This document shows positions 49,934 through 59,904 of a stretch of 64,000 nt of DNA, piece by piece. The notes beneath the pieces were generated by a model, which saw only the letters and a program-made list of their open reading frames with translations, did not search any database and was not told the origin of the DNA. Source of the stretch: Polyangiaceae bacterium (GTDB taxonomy: Bacteria > Myxococcota_A > Polyangia > Polyangiales > Polyangiaceae); the NCBI GenBank assembly GCA_050287085.1, contig JBNKBE010000011.1, forward strand, positions 64,001-128,000, in the 5' to 3' direction. Numbering within the stretch: the first letter of the stretch is position 1; each line of letters starts with the position of its first letter. A program made the position numbers and the translations under genes.

Positions 49934-51766
49934 ATGGACGAAGCGCGGAGACTCGGCGGGCTCACCCGCCTCCAAAGTATCGCCAACGCAGGATGCGAGG
50001 GGTTGGACACGCCCGCGTCCGAGCGGGTTCGTCTCGCCAATATTCTGAGCATTGGACTTGGGCTATCGACGACGATTCTGGTGGTCGCAGCGCTGCTCGC
50101 GGGCTCCTGGCTCACCGCCGCGCTCGGCTTCGCGGCGGTCGTCGGCTACGCGGCAGGTCCAGCCCTGAACCACCACCGCTCGTACGCCCTCGGTACCAGC
50201 GCCCCAATCGTAGCTGCACTGGCTGGGATCCTGCTCTTTCATCTCGCCGCGGGGCCCATTTTTGGATTCCACCTCGCGACCTTCATTCTGGCCTGCTGGC
50301 CCTTCGCACTCTTTGACCTGCGCAAACAAGGTCGAACGGTCGCTACCCTGCTCATCGTCAGCGGTGCTGTCTTCGTGTCGGCAGAGCTCGAATGGCTCCC
50401 CGCCTTCAGGCTATTCGAAGCGGCGCCCAGCGTGATCCACGTCGTGCGACCTGCCACCGGCGTGGTCGTCTTCACATTCTTCTCGACACTGCTCTTCGTT
50501 CTGACGTTCCGAAACCAGAACCAGCAGGCTCGACTCGTTGCGCAGGCCAGCGAACTGCACGACGCCCGCATCGCTGCGGAAAGCGCCCTGAAGAGCCGTG
50601 CGCAGTTCATGGCACTGATGAGTCATGAACTGCGCACTCCACTCAACGGCATTCTCGGCGCGACGCAGTTGCTGGAAGAGGCCCCTCTCGCCGAGGAATT
50701 CTCCGAGCCTGTCGCCGTCCTACGCTACTCCGGCGAGTACTTGTTCTGCTTGATCGCCGACATGTTGGAAGCCGTCGATCTCAAAGCCAAACCGCTGAAG
50801 CTTCGCCCCGAACCCACACAAGTATGTGACCTCTGTCGCCGCGTCGTAGCGGACTACAAGAGGATCGCCGAAGCCAAAGGCCTTGAGCTCCGAACCGCGG
50901 TGCAATGCCCAGAAGCCCCACTCGTCGTCGACTCCGGTCGGCTCAGCCAGGTGCTTCATCACCTAGTCTCGAATGCGATCAAGTTCACGGAACAAGGACA
51001 CGTGCTCCTGGCTGCCAGTGGAAAGCCGACGGAGGACGGTGGGTTTGCTCTTACTTTTGAGGTTTCGGACACCGGAATCGGCATACGAGCCGAGCTCAAA
51101 CGAAAGATCTTCGATGAATTCAGTCAAGCGGAGGACTTTGAGGTGCGCCGAGCCAATGGGATTGGCCTCGGCCTGAGCACCGCCAGCCGGGTCGTCAGCG
51201 CAATGGGCGGACAACTGAGCGTCAATTCCGCCGTCGGCGAAGGAAGCACGTTCTCTTTCGTTCTCGAGATGGCCGCAGCGCCAGCCGTGAAGGCGCCACC
51301 AGAGGTCGAACTTCATGAGCCAGGGGACGAGGCGCACATTCCCAACTCCGGAACTCGCACCGCGCACATGATTGATGAACAAGCGCCATGTTCTGGCCTG
51401 CGAGTACTAGTCGCGGAAGACAACCCCGTGAACCAGAAAGTCCTCGTGCGGCTATTGTCAAAACTTGGAATTCAGCCAAAAGTAGTAGAACACGGCGGTC
51501 TGGCGGTGGAGGCTTGCAAGAATGGGACTTGGGACTTGGTGCTAATGGATATCCAGATGCCGGAAATGGACGGGCTCGAGGCGACTCGAAGAATTCGAGA
51601 TCTGGAAGGAAATACGAAGCACACGCAGATCGTTGCGGTTTCGGCCAACGCCAACTCTGACCAGATCGACGAAGGAATTCGAGCGGGCTTGGACGCCTAC
51701 CTGACGAAACCGGTGCGTCTGGCGGATATTCGTCAGGTGGTCGGCGACGTGAGGCGCGAGGCCTAG
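49934..51766 (+). CDS. Membrane-bound hybrid sensor histidine kinase / receiver
   Basis: Multi-TM N-terminus, FMALMSHELRTPLNGI, SNAIKFT, DTGIGI, GLGL, receiver LVAEDNPVN...LMDIQMPEMDG...KP. Confidence 0.93.
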   Translation: MDEARRLGGLTRLQSIANAGCEGLDTPASERVRLANILSIGLGLSTTILVVAALLAGSWLTAALGFAAVVGYAAGPALNHHRSYALGTSAPIVAALAGILLFHLAAGPIFGFHLATFILACWPFALFDLRKQGRTVATLLIVSGAVFVSAELEWLPAFRLFEAAPSVIHVVRPATGVVVFTFFSTLLFVLTFRNQNQQARLVAQASELHDARIAAESALKSRAQFMALMSHELRTPLNGILGATQLLEEAPLAEEFSEPVAVLRYSGEYLFCLIADMLEAVDLKAKPLKLRPEPTQVCDLCRRVVADYKRIAEAKGLELRTAVQCPEAPLVVDSGRLSQVLHHLVSNAIKFTEQGHVLLAASGKPTEDGGFALTFEVSDTGIGIRAELKRKIFDEFSQAEDFEVRRANGIGLGLSTASRVVSAMGGQLSVNSAVGEGSTFSFVLEMAAAPAVKAPPEVELHEPGDEAHIPNSGTRTAHMIDEQAPCSGLRVLVAEDNPVNQKVLVRLLSKLGIQPKVVEHGGLAVEACKNGTWDLVLMDIQMPEMDGLEATRRIRDLEGNTKHTQIVAVSANANSDQIDEGIRAGLDAYLTKPVRLADIRQVVGDVRREA

Positions 51767-51767
51767 C

Positions 51768-53231
51768 GTGCAGCGAAAAACTATGGGTCGTCCGTGGCGA
51801 GACGGAACGATCTCCGCTCTGCGACAACTGGCCGCAGACTGCTGCTCATCAGAATTCAGAGCCTACTTCGCCAATACGACAGAACTCTGGTCCGCGCCGC
51901 CGTGGCTTTCGACCACCACGGAGCGAACGCGGCGCATCGCAGCACACTGTGCAGAACGCCTGCGGGCCCACAACGTGGAGGCCCGCTTGGCGCTCGGCAT
52001 CGGGCAGCTGACGTCTGAGCTCGCGGCGGCGACCTGTCCGCCGGAGGCCACTGACGACTGGCTCAACGCGCACGCCTTGTTGACGGCCTGGATGTACATC
52101 GTCGACGACGGTGTTCAGCTTCTTACGTCAAACGAAGACGACAACACCTGGCTCCAAGACGCCGTCGAGTGTCTGGTCAATGCGCATATCGGACACTGGC
52201 ACCTCGGGCTGTCCGGTCCCCGCAGCGGTGAGTTCTCCAAGTACTCGACCTGCCTCGAACTGCCCTGCTCGAACCACACGGCGGCCGCCGCTGACGCCGA
52301 TAGACAGGAGCGCCGCTCTCAGGCGTGGCGCAAGTTGAACGCGTGGGGTCTGCTGCTCGAGGAAGTGGCGCGTGATGTTGCGAAGCTCTCTCCGAACAGA
52401 GCCGCCGTGAGAATCGACTGCGCCCCACTGACGAGTGAACTCCGGCTCTCGCTACTGAGCAAGATCGAAGAGGCGGCTACGGCTCCGACGACGGTCACGG
52501 ACTACATCGTTCGCCACGAACGCACGGGACATGTCCTCGTGTGCTTGGAGCTCAATGTGTTATTGGCCCGTTGGCAACTGCAGGGCAATGGGCTCCAGGA
52601 GATCACAAGACCGCCCCAAAGGCTCATCGAGGGCGGGCTTCGCTGCGCAGTCCGCGCCGCCAATCGCGCAGTCCTGCTATCCAATGAGCTCTGCTTCGCA
52701 AAGGATATCGGAGAGGCGGAAGAGTCTTTGATGGCCGTGCTCATCGCCTCCCATGAGACAAGCGCGGACAACGGCCCCGAGTCGGCAAGAACAGCGGCGG
52801 GACACGGCCAGCTGCTGCGACAAGGCCTGGCCAGCCGCGCGGGCTACGACGCGGCGAAAGCCATTTTGACCATGCTCCGGGGGCAGATGACAACGCTTGT
52901 CGACGCGCTTGAGAGCTTCGGCGGCCTGGCCCTGCCAAAGCCCTTGTCCGTCCCGGGTCTGCTCTTGGAGTGGGTCTTCGGATACCATTTTCTCAATCCG
53001 ACGACGCAGCGCTATGGAGTTGGTTTCAACACCGTTTGGGCCGCCGCGGAGGGTGAAGAGCACGCCTTCATGCGCCGGGCCTCAGAGCAGGTCGCGCCGG
53101 TCAGCGGCACCTTGAGGCTCCGTGGCGCCACGACCGCGCCCGACGAACCCGTCGCGGCGGCGATCGCAGCGGGCTCAGATTGGGAGCCCCAGCGACAGCA
53201 CGCGAGGCGTCCCTGCGTCACCGACGACTGA
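51768..53231 (+). CDS. Divergent class I terpene-synthase-like (isoprenoid synthase fold) protein
   Basis: Ordered motif remnants WMYIVDDGVQ, PTTVTDYIVRHERTG, LSNELCFAKD, SLMAVL, WVFGYHFLNPTTQRY. Confidence 0.55.
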   Translation: MQRKTMGRPWRDGTISALRQLAADCCSSEFRAYFANTTELWSAPPWLSTTTERTRRIAAHCAERLRAHNVEARLALGIGQLTSELAAATCPPEATDDWLNAHALLTAWMYIVDDGVQLLTSNEDDNTWLQDAVECLVNAHIGHWHLGLSGPRSGEFSKYSTCLELPCSNHTAAAADADRQERRSQAWRKLNAWGLLLEEVARDVAKLSPNRAAVRIDCAPLTSELRLSLLSKIEEAATAPTTVTDYIVRHERTGHVLVCLELNVLLARWQLQGNGLQEITRPPQRLIEGGLRCAVRAANRAVLLSNELCFAKDIGEAEESLMAVLIASHETSADNGPESARTAAGHGQLLRQGLASRAGYDAAKAILTMLRGQMTTLVDALESFGGLALPKPLSVPGLLLEWVFGYHFLNPTTQRYGVGFNTVWAAAEGEEHAFMRRASEQVAPVSGTLRLRGATTAPDEPVAAAIAAGSDWEPQRQHARRPCVTDD

Positions 53232-53605
53232 CGGGCGCCCTTGCGACGCGAAGCGAGACAGGGGGCAATGGGACCGAACCCCGGCAGGCCAGACAGCGGC
53301 TCAGGCCGGGTTGGCTGCTGAACGGACATTCGCTCGGGAGCCACACAGAGGCATATGGGTCTCGAATCCGTGCCCCTTTCCAGCGCGACGGCGAATGATT
53401 CGCCTTCTGATGTAAAATCCCTCGGGAAATGGTGGACAGCGCCGGCGCGCTGAGGCACGCAGCCGTTTCCACACTGGGACAAGTCCTAGGCTCGTGTCCG
53501 CCCCGCCCCAGCGGCGCCGCGGACCCGCTGAGCGCCGTTCGTCGAGCACTTCGGCTGCGAGCCTAAGCGACAGAACCCCAGCGGCAATCAGGAGAATAGC
53601 CAGAA

Positions 53606-54658
53606 ATGACCGCAATCAAAGTAGTGTCGCTCCCCGGCGACGGCATCGGCCCTGAAGTCAACGCGCAAGCCGAAAAGGTGCTCAAGCTGGTCTGCCAGCG
53701 AGCTGGGCGCAGCGTGGAGGTGGTGGAGATGCCGATCGGCGGAGTGGCGCTCGACGCGGGCCAACCGTCCCTGCCAGACGCCACCAAGCAGGCCTGTCTA
53801 CAAGCCGACGCGGTGCTGCTGGGCGCAGTGGGTCTTCCCAAGTACGACGGCGTGGCCGGCGATCGTCCCGAGGTAGGCCTATTGGCTTTGCGCAAGGCGT
53901 TGGGTGTGTACGCCAACCTCCGTCCCGTACGGTCCATCCCCGCGCTGATCGCGGCCTCCCCTCTGAAAGAGGAAATCGTGCGCGGAACCGATATGCTCGT
54001 CGTCCGCGAGCTGCTCGGTGGCGTCTACTTTGGAGAGCCTCGCGGCAACGACGGCAAGTATGCTTTCAACACCATGGCGTATTCGGTCGAAGAGATCCGC
54101 CGCGTAGCGCGGGTCGCCTTCGAAAACGCCCGCCTGCGCCGCGGCAAAGTGACCAGCGTGGACAAGGCAAATGTGCTTGACGTCTCCCAGCTCTGGCGCA
54201 ACACGGTGGTGGCTCTGCATAAGGAGGAGTACTCGGACGTCACCCTCGAACACCAATACGTCGACTCGGTGGCTATGGACCTGATCCGCAACCCAACTCG
54301 CTTCGACGTCATGGTCACCTCCAACCTCTTCGGGGACATCCTGACGGACGCAGGCGCGGTCCTTCCCGGTTCCATCGGCCTGCTCGCGAGCGCAAGCTTG
54401 GGCGACGGTCCTGGTCTATTCGAGCCGATCCACGGCTCGGCACCGGACATCGCCGGAAAGGGCATTGCCAACCCACTCGGCGCGATTGGCTCGGTTGCCT
54501 GGATGTTCAACACGACGCTCAAGATGCCCGAGCAGGGCAAATGGGTCAGCGACGCCATCGACCTTGTCTTGGAGCAGGGGCACCGCACAAGAGACCTCGG
54601 CGGAAACCTAAGCACGGAAGAAATGGGGACCTTGATATGCCAAGCCCTGGACAAGTAA
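53606..54658 (+). CDS. leuB: 3-isopropylmalate dehydrogenase
   Basis: LPGDGIGPEV, LLGAVG.PK, RPE.GLL.LRK.LG.YANLRP, VRELLGGVYFG, VDKANVL, NLFGDIL, EPIHGSAPDIAGKGIANP; SD AGGAG. Confidence 0.96.
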   Translation: MTAIKVVSLPGDGIGPEVNAQAEKVLKLVCQRAGRSVEVVEMPIGGVALDAGQPSLPDATKQACLQADAVLLGAVGLPKYDGVAGDRPEVGLLALRKALGVYANLRPVRSIPALIAASPLKEEIVRGTDMLVVRELLGGVYFGEPRGNDGKYAFNTMAYSVEEIRRVARVAFENARLRRGKVTSVDKANVLDVSQLWRNTVVALHKEEYSDVTLEHQYVDSVAMDLIRNPTRFDVMVTSNLFGDILTDAGAVLPGSIGLLASASLGDGPGLFEPIHGSAPDIAGKGIANPLGAIGSVAWMFNTTLKMPEQGKWVSDAIDLVLEQGHRTRDLGGNLSTEEMGTLICQALDK

Positions 54659-54717
54659 ACACAGATCTAGCCGAGACACTGCCCCCCCGCAGCCAGGCTG
54701 CCGTGGAAGGGGAGTCG

Positions 54718-56427
54718 ATGCGTGGTGCTCGCATCGTTATCGAAGGCTTGTTGCGCGAAGGGGTAGACCTCATATTCGGCTACCCTGGCGGCGCAATTCT
54801 GCACGTGTACGATGAGTTGCACAAAGCCCAGGACCGTATCCGCCACATCCTCGTTCGCCACGAACAAGGCGCGGTCCACGCCGCGGAGGGTTTCGCTCGC
54901 TCCACCGGGCGCGTGGGCGTGGCCATGGTCACGTCGGGTCCAGGTGCCACGAACGTCGTAACAGGGCTGCAAAACGCCATGATGGACTCGACTCCGCTTG
55001 TCGTCATCAGCGGCCAGGTGGTTAGCAGTCTGATTGGCACGGACGGCTTTCAAGAGGCTGACGTGGTCGGCATTACGCGACCGTGCACCAAGTACAACTA
55101 CTTGGTGAAGGACGTGAAAGACATCGCGCGGGTCATGAAAGAAGCGTTTCATCTTGCGCGTTCCGGACGACCAGGGCCGGTACTCGTCGACATCCCGAAG
55201 GACATCACGGCGATGGAAACGGAGTTCTACTGGCCGGAGTCCGTCAACCTGCCTTCGTACAAGCCGACAATTCGCGGACATAACCTGCAGGTAAAGAAAG
55301 CCGTCGATCTGATTGGGACTTTCGAGCGAGCCATCATCTACGCGGGCGGCGGAGTGGTGGCTTCCGGCGCCGAGCAGGAGCTCTATGAGCTTTCTAGTCG
55401 CCTCAACGTGCCGGTCACCGCAACGTTGATGGGACTGGGTTGTTATCCCCCGGGCGACCCCCGCTATCTCGGCATGCTCGGAATGCACGGCACCTATTCG
55501 GCCAACATGGCCATGTACGAGAGCGAACTCATCATCGCCGTAGGCGCGCGCTTTGACGACCGCGTTACCGGCGTGTTGAGCAAGTTTGCTCCCAAGGCGC
55601 ATAAGATCCACATCGACATCGATCCCACGAGCCTCAACAAGAATGTGCAGGTTGACGTGCCGATTGTCGGAGACGCAAAGACGGTTCTGCGCCAGCTATT
55701 GGAGGCCCTGCCGGAGCAAGCGCCGCCCCCGCGTGAGACGTGGTGGCAAGAGCTACGGAGCTGGCTCAGCCGGTACCCGCTCGCGTATAAGAAGGACCCG
55801 GAGAGCATCAAGCCCCAGTTCCTATTCGAGGAACTCGCGAGTCTGACACAAGGCAAGTACATCCTGTCGACCGACGTGGGCCAGCACCAGATGTGGGCGG
55901 CCCAGTACTACCCCGCGGATAGTTCTCGCAAGTGGTTGACCTCGGGCGGGCTCGGAACAATGGGTTATGGCTTACCGGCCGCCATGGGCGCCGCCACCCG
56001 CTCCGACGAACCCGTGGTCTGCATTACGGGAGACGGTTCGTTCCAGATGTGCATTCAGGAGCTGGCCACCTGTGTTCACGAAGGCCTCAACGTGAAGGTC
56101 ATCGTCATGAACAACAACTTCCTGGGAATGGTGCGGCAATGGCAGGAGATGTTCTACTCGCGCCGCTACAGCGAAGTGGGCATGAAGTACTTCCCAGATT
56201 TCAAGCTGATTGCTGAAGCTTATGGCGCGACCGGTTTGCGAGCGGAAAAGCCGTCAGAGCTGAGGGCGGTCCTAGAGCAGGGCTTCGCCACGCCCGGAAC
56301 AGTCATCATGGATGTCATCGTTCACAAGGAAAGCAATGTGTTCCCGATGATCCCCGCCGGAGCCGGCCACAACGAATTGGTCATGGACCCTGAGGTCTTC
56401 ACGGACTTCGACAAGGAGCCCAAATGA
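54718..56427 (+). CDS. ilvB: Acetolactate synthase large subunit
   Basis: FGYPGGAIL, RHEQGA.HAAEG, TSGPGATN, FQEAD, GMLGMHG, RFDDRVTG, DVGQHQMW, GDGSFQM, GMVRQWQ; start MRGARI after GGAG. Confidence 0.95.
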   Translation: MRGARIVIEGLLREGVDLIFGYPGGAILHVYDELHKAQDRIRHILVRHEQGAVHAAEGFARSTGRVGVAMVTSGPGATNVVTGLQNAMMDSTPLVVISGQVVSSLIGTDGFQEADVVGITRPCTKYNYLVKDVKDIARVMKEAFHLARSGRPGPVLVDIPKDITAMETEFYWPESVNLPSYKPTIRGHNLQVKKAVDLIGTFERAIIYAGGGVVASGAEQELYELSSRLNVPVTATLMGLGCYPPGDPRYLGMLGMHGTYSANMAMYESELIIAVGARFDDRVTGVLSKFAPKAHKIHIDIDPTSLNKNVQVDVPIVGDAKTVLRQLLEALPEQAPPPRETWWQELRSWLSRYPLAYKKDPESIKPQFLFEELASLTQGKYILSTDVGQHQMWAAQYYPADSSRKWLTSGGLGTMGYGLPAAMGAATRSDEPVVCITGDGSFQMCIQELATCVHEGLNVKVIVMNNNFLGMVRQWQEMFYSRRYSEVGMKYFPDFKLIAEAYGATGLRAEKPSELRAVLEQGFATPGTVIMDVIVHKESNVFPMIPAGAGHNELVMDPEVFTDFDKEPK

Positions 56428-56930
56428 GCGACAATCGGCATCTGATCAGCATCCTGGTCGAAAACAGCCCGGGGGAGCTCGCGCGCATTGTGGGATTGTT
56501 CAGCGGACGGGGTTTCAACATCGATTCGCTCGCCGTCAACACCACCACCGATCCGGAGCGATCCCGGGTGGTGCTGACCACCCAGGGTGACGCTCGCGTA
56601 GTCGAGCAGATCACGAAGCAGCTAAACAAGCTGGTCAAGGTCTACAAGGTTCATCATCTACAAGGTGACGGGCATGTGGAGCGAGAATTGTGTCTGGCAA
56701 CGATCCGCGCCAGCACCCCGGCAGCACGCGACGATCTCGAGCGCTCGGTGCGATTGACTGGCGGCAAGGTGCTTTCGTTCAATCGCGAGCAGTTTCTCGT
56801 CGAGGTCTCAGGGACGGAATACGAGATCGATCAGTTTCTTGAAATGGTGCGCCCGCTCGGCGTGCGCAACATGGTGAGAAGCGCTCCCGTTGCGATAGCC
56901 AAGCCCAGCGACGACAAGAGCGAGGACTAG
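56424..56930 (+). CDS. ilvN: Acetolactate synthase small (regulatory) subunit
   Basis: ISILVENSPGELARIVGLFSGRGFNIDSL, EQITKQLNKLV.V, ERELCL; ATGA overlap with ilvB. Confidence 0.93.
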   Translation: MSDNRHLISILVENSPGELARIVGLFSGRGFNIDSLAVNTTTDPERSRVVLTTQGDARVVEQITKQLNKLVKVYKVHHLQGDGHVERELCLATIRASTPAARDDLERSVRLTGGKVLSFNREQFLVEVSGTEYEIDQFLEMVRPLGVRNMVRSAPVAIAKPSDDKSED

Positions 56931-57029
56931 AACAGACTGCCCGGGCATCGTGGTATCGTGCTGTACCTGCAAACAGGTGCGCCGATACCACGGCCTTGCC
57001 AATCGCACAGCGGCGTGTGGTGAGCTCGC

Positions 57030-58517
57030 TCAGTCGCGCCACTGTGTCCACTGCGATGCCAAGGGGGGGCGGAACTGCACCCAGGAACGCCCGAGAGCTC
57101 GGCGCTCCCCACTGGGCATCGAGACAACAACGTTTCCAAGTAGTTGATTGCCTTCTACAGGGTGCCCAAGAAGAGCGACGTCCCGCGCGTCGCCGATTTG
57201 GAGCAGCGGCCCTCTGGCTCCGACGTTGACGAAGAAGGTGTTGTCTCGCACTGCATTCGCGTCGTCGCGAACGCGAACGGCTAGACGCGACGACAGCATG
57301 TAGAAGCGATTGTGATCGACCAGATTGAACTGCGCATAGTCTCTGGTTAACACCTTTGCCCCGTAGCGCCACTTCTGATCGCCGCACGGTGGCGTGTTCG
57401 ATGCACGCCATTGACGGGAGGCGATCTCGATGACGGCGGGCGACCTTGTGTCCGTGTCAGGCGCGACAAACACATTGTGTGCTATTCGGTTGGCAGCAGC
57501 CCACTGGCGTCGATAGAACTGATGCGTCAGCTGCACGTTCTCGGAGCAATTCTTGTATAGAGCCACGGCTCCCTTCGAGTTCTGGTAGAAGAGATTGCCC
57601 ACTATCAAATTTGCTGCGGAAGCGTCGACGGCGATCGATTCCCGCCCGGCGCTCCCTAGGAAACACGAATTGCGGATCGTAGCGGCGCGGCTTCCGTGAT
57701 CTAAGTAGATACCAACGCGGGAGCGCTCAATGCGCACCCCATCGATTTCGACGTTCTGCAGGTGATCGTGCACATAGATGCCGACGCGAGCTCGGCGTAC
57801 CGAGACGTTTCGCAGGGTGATGTTCCGAGGCGATAGGGCTCGAAGCGAGTCTGCCGGAGAAGGTTGTCCCGGGAGGTCCCAGCGCCCGTCGTTTCTCATT
57901 CCCGAGAGCACACGCTCGTACTCCGCAACGTCGAAGCTATTGCGGCGGTTGTATGCGTTCGAAAGGTACACGCCGAACCGGAAGCGCTCAAAGCCGCAGT
58001 TCTGGACGACAACACGGTCTACCAGAGTCGAGCTGGCCAGCCATGGGCCCGCTGTCGCTTCCTCGCGGGTCAGGAGATGAAGTCCTTGGAGTCGTTCTCG
58101 CGTCCCCACGAAGACGCTACCGCCGCAGTCCAGGGTTACGTCGGAAGCGGCAATTAGAAGATCTACGTCGCTAAAACGACAAGCTTCGGTCAGGCGCAAC
58201 GAGCGGTCGATGCGCGCAGTTCCGGACTGGCCGCCACCGAGAAATGTCGCGCGGAAAGCGGAGCAGTCGAACGTCTGAACGGCTGGGCTCGACTTGGTTT
58301 CCGCGGCAAGCGCCGGCCTCGCAAAGTCCGCGACGGAAAAACGACGACGCAGCGCTCCACAATCTTCGTCCGAAACTGGCGATCGCCCCCCAGTTGAATC
58401 ATGAGCGCGAACGAGCGGTTCAGCCGCCAACGCCGGGAGACACAGGCCCACCACAAGGAAGCCAACGACCACGGCCGAGCGAACCACAGCGCATCCCAGA
58501 GCCGCCGGTGACCTCAT
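57030..58517 (-). CDS. Secreted right-handed parallel beta-helix (pectin-lyase/NosD-like) protein
   Basis: Signal peptide LPALA-A, SDVTLDCGG, VVQNC.F, VGIYL..GS....IRN, RESIAVDAS..N.I.GN.F, LYKNCSE; ORF open to 58604. Confidence 0.75.
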   Translation of the reverse strand: MRSPAALGCAVVRSAVVVGFLVVGLCLPALAAEPLVRAHDSTGGRSPVSDEDCGALRRRFSVADFARPALAAETKSSPAVQTFDCSAFRATFLGGGQSGTARIDRSLRLTEACRFSDVDLLIAASDVTLDCGGSVFVGTRERLQGLHLLTREEATAGPWLASSTLVDRVVVQNCGFERFRFGVYLSNAYNRRNSFDVAEYERVLSGMRNDGRWDLPGQPSPADSLRALSPRNITLRNVSVRRARVGIYVHDHLQNVEIDGVRIERSRVGIYLDHGSRAATIRNSCFLGSAGRESIAVDASAANLIVGNLFYQNSKGAVALYKNCSENVQLTHQFYRRQWAAANRIAHNVFVAPDTDTRSPAVIEIASRQWRASNTPPCGDQKWRYGAKVLTRDYAQFNLVDHNRFYMLSSRLAVRVRDDANAVRDNTFFVNVGARGPLLQIGDARDVALLGHPVEGNQLLGNVVVSMPSGERRALGRSWVQFRPPLASQWTQWRD

Positions 58518-58892
58518 CAAACGCTCAGCTATTTCCGCACGGAACAGATGGTCCAACGCCATGACTCGCATCATGGACACCACAGGCGCCGCTGACCCGC
58601 CCAAATAGCCCTCGACTCCAGCCGGACTCGGCCAGCGGGGCTGCCTCTTGACTCCGCGCGGGGAAAAGGCTTGTCCCAGCCGACGCCTCTTACCCGCCGC
58701 ACTGTCCGCGCGCAGCGGAGCAAATGCAATCGCCGCCCTGTCGACCTCAACACCGGCGTCTAGGCGGTCCCTGAAGAGCTCCTACCGTGACGGACGAACC
58801 GGAAGTGGCGCCGCCGCACGGCGACCGGCCGTCGCCATTCTGATCTAGTTCGAGGATTTCCCCTGTGGACTCGTTGGCACTACAATGGCCCA

Positions 58893-59894
58893 ATGGTTTC
58901 CGATGACTCCTTCACCGAGTGGCCCAACTTCAACCAGATCCCGCAAGAAGACTCTCTGACCGTCTCGCGGCCGAAGGGACAGGCCCTCTCCGAGTACATT
59001 TGGTGGAATGGGGTTATCAAGCCGGCGGCCGAACAGAGCGTCCACTACTACGCCAACGCCCTGCACTACGGAACCGCAGTTTTTGAAGGGATTCGGTGTT
59101 ACCCAACGCCCAAAGGCCCGGCGCTCTTCCGATTGCGAGAGCACATGCAGCGCCTGCTCGCATCCGCCAAGTTGTACGGGATGAACCCAGGCTTCAGCTT
59201 GGACGAGTTATGTGACGGGGCGCTTTCCGTGGCGAGGAAAAACGGAGTGGCCAACGCTTACCTTCGACCGCTGGCGTTTTTTGGCTACGGCCCGATCGAC
59301 ATAACGCCGAAGAAGGAGTGCCAGGTCAGCGTCTTCATCGCAACCCGAGAACTCGGCTCTTTTCTCGGAGGCAAGGCGATTCGCAACGGCATCAACGCCA
59401 CGATCTCGTCGTGGCATAAGTTCCCCCACAGCTGCCTACCCACGATGGCGAAAGCTAGTGGTCACTACGCCAACAACGTGCTGGCGGCCCATGAAGCGAT
59501 GGATCGAGGCTGTGACGACGCCATCTTGCTCAATCCAGACGGCACCGTGTCCAGCACGACCGGCGGCAATCTATTCTTCGTCCGCGAGCGAACGCTTTTT
59601 ACCAACGATGAGCGCTCGTCGATCATTCCGGGCATCACCCGGGACACCATCTTGACCCTCGCGCGAGACGCCGGGGTTAGCATCGTGATCCGCCCCTTCA
59701 CGCGTGAGGAGCTCCTGCGCGCTGACGAGGTCTTCATGACGGGGACGGCGGCAGAGGTAACACCCATCTCGGCCATCGACGGCTTCAGCTTTCGCGTGGA
59801 CAAGGCAACGCTTGCGACGCAACTTCAGCGCGCGTATATGGCGACCGTCACCGGGCGAAACGAGCGTCACGAGGAATGGGTCTCCCCGCTGTGA
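58893..59894 (+). CDS. ilvE: Branched-chain amino acid aminotransferase
   Basis: IWWNG, ALHYGTAVFEGIR.Y, FRLREH..RL..SA, AYLRP, AKASGHY (PLP Lys), PGITRDT, ADEVFMTGTAAEVTP. Confidence 0.93.
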   Translation: MVSDDSFTEWPNFNQIPQEDSLTVSRPKGQALSEYIWWNGVIKPAAEQSVHYYANALHYGTAVFEGIRCYPTPKGPALFRLREHMQRLLASAKLYGMNPGFSLDELCDGALSVARKNGVANAYLRPLAFFGYGPIDITPKKECQVSVFIATRELGSFLGGKAIRNGINATISSWHKFPHSCLPTMAKASGHYANNVLAAHEAMDRGCDDAILLNPDGTVSSTTGGNLFFVRERTLFTNDERSSIIPGITRDTILTLARDAGVSIVIRPFTREELLRADEVFMTGTAAEVTPISAIDGFSFRVDKATLATQLQRAYMATVTGRNERHEEWVSPL

Positions 59895-59904
59895 TATTCG
59901 ACCG

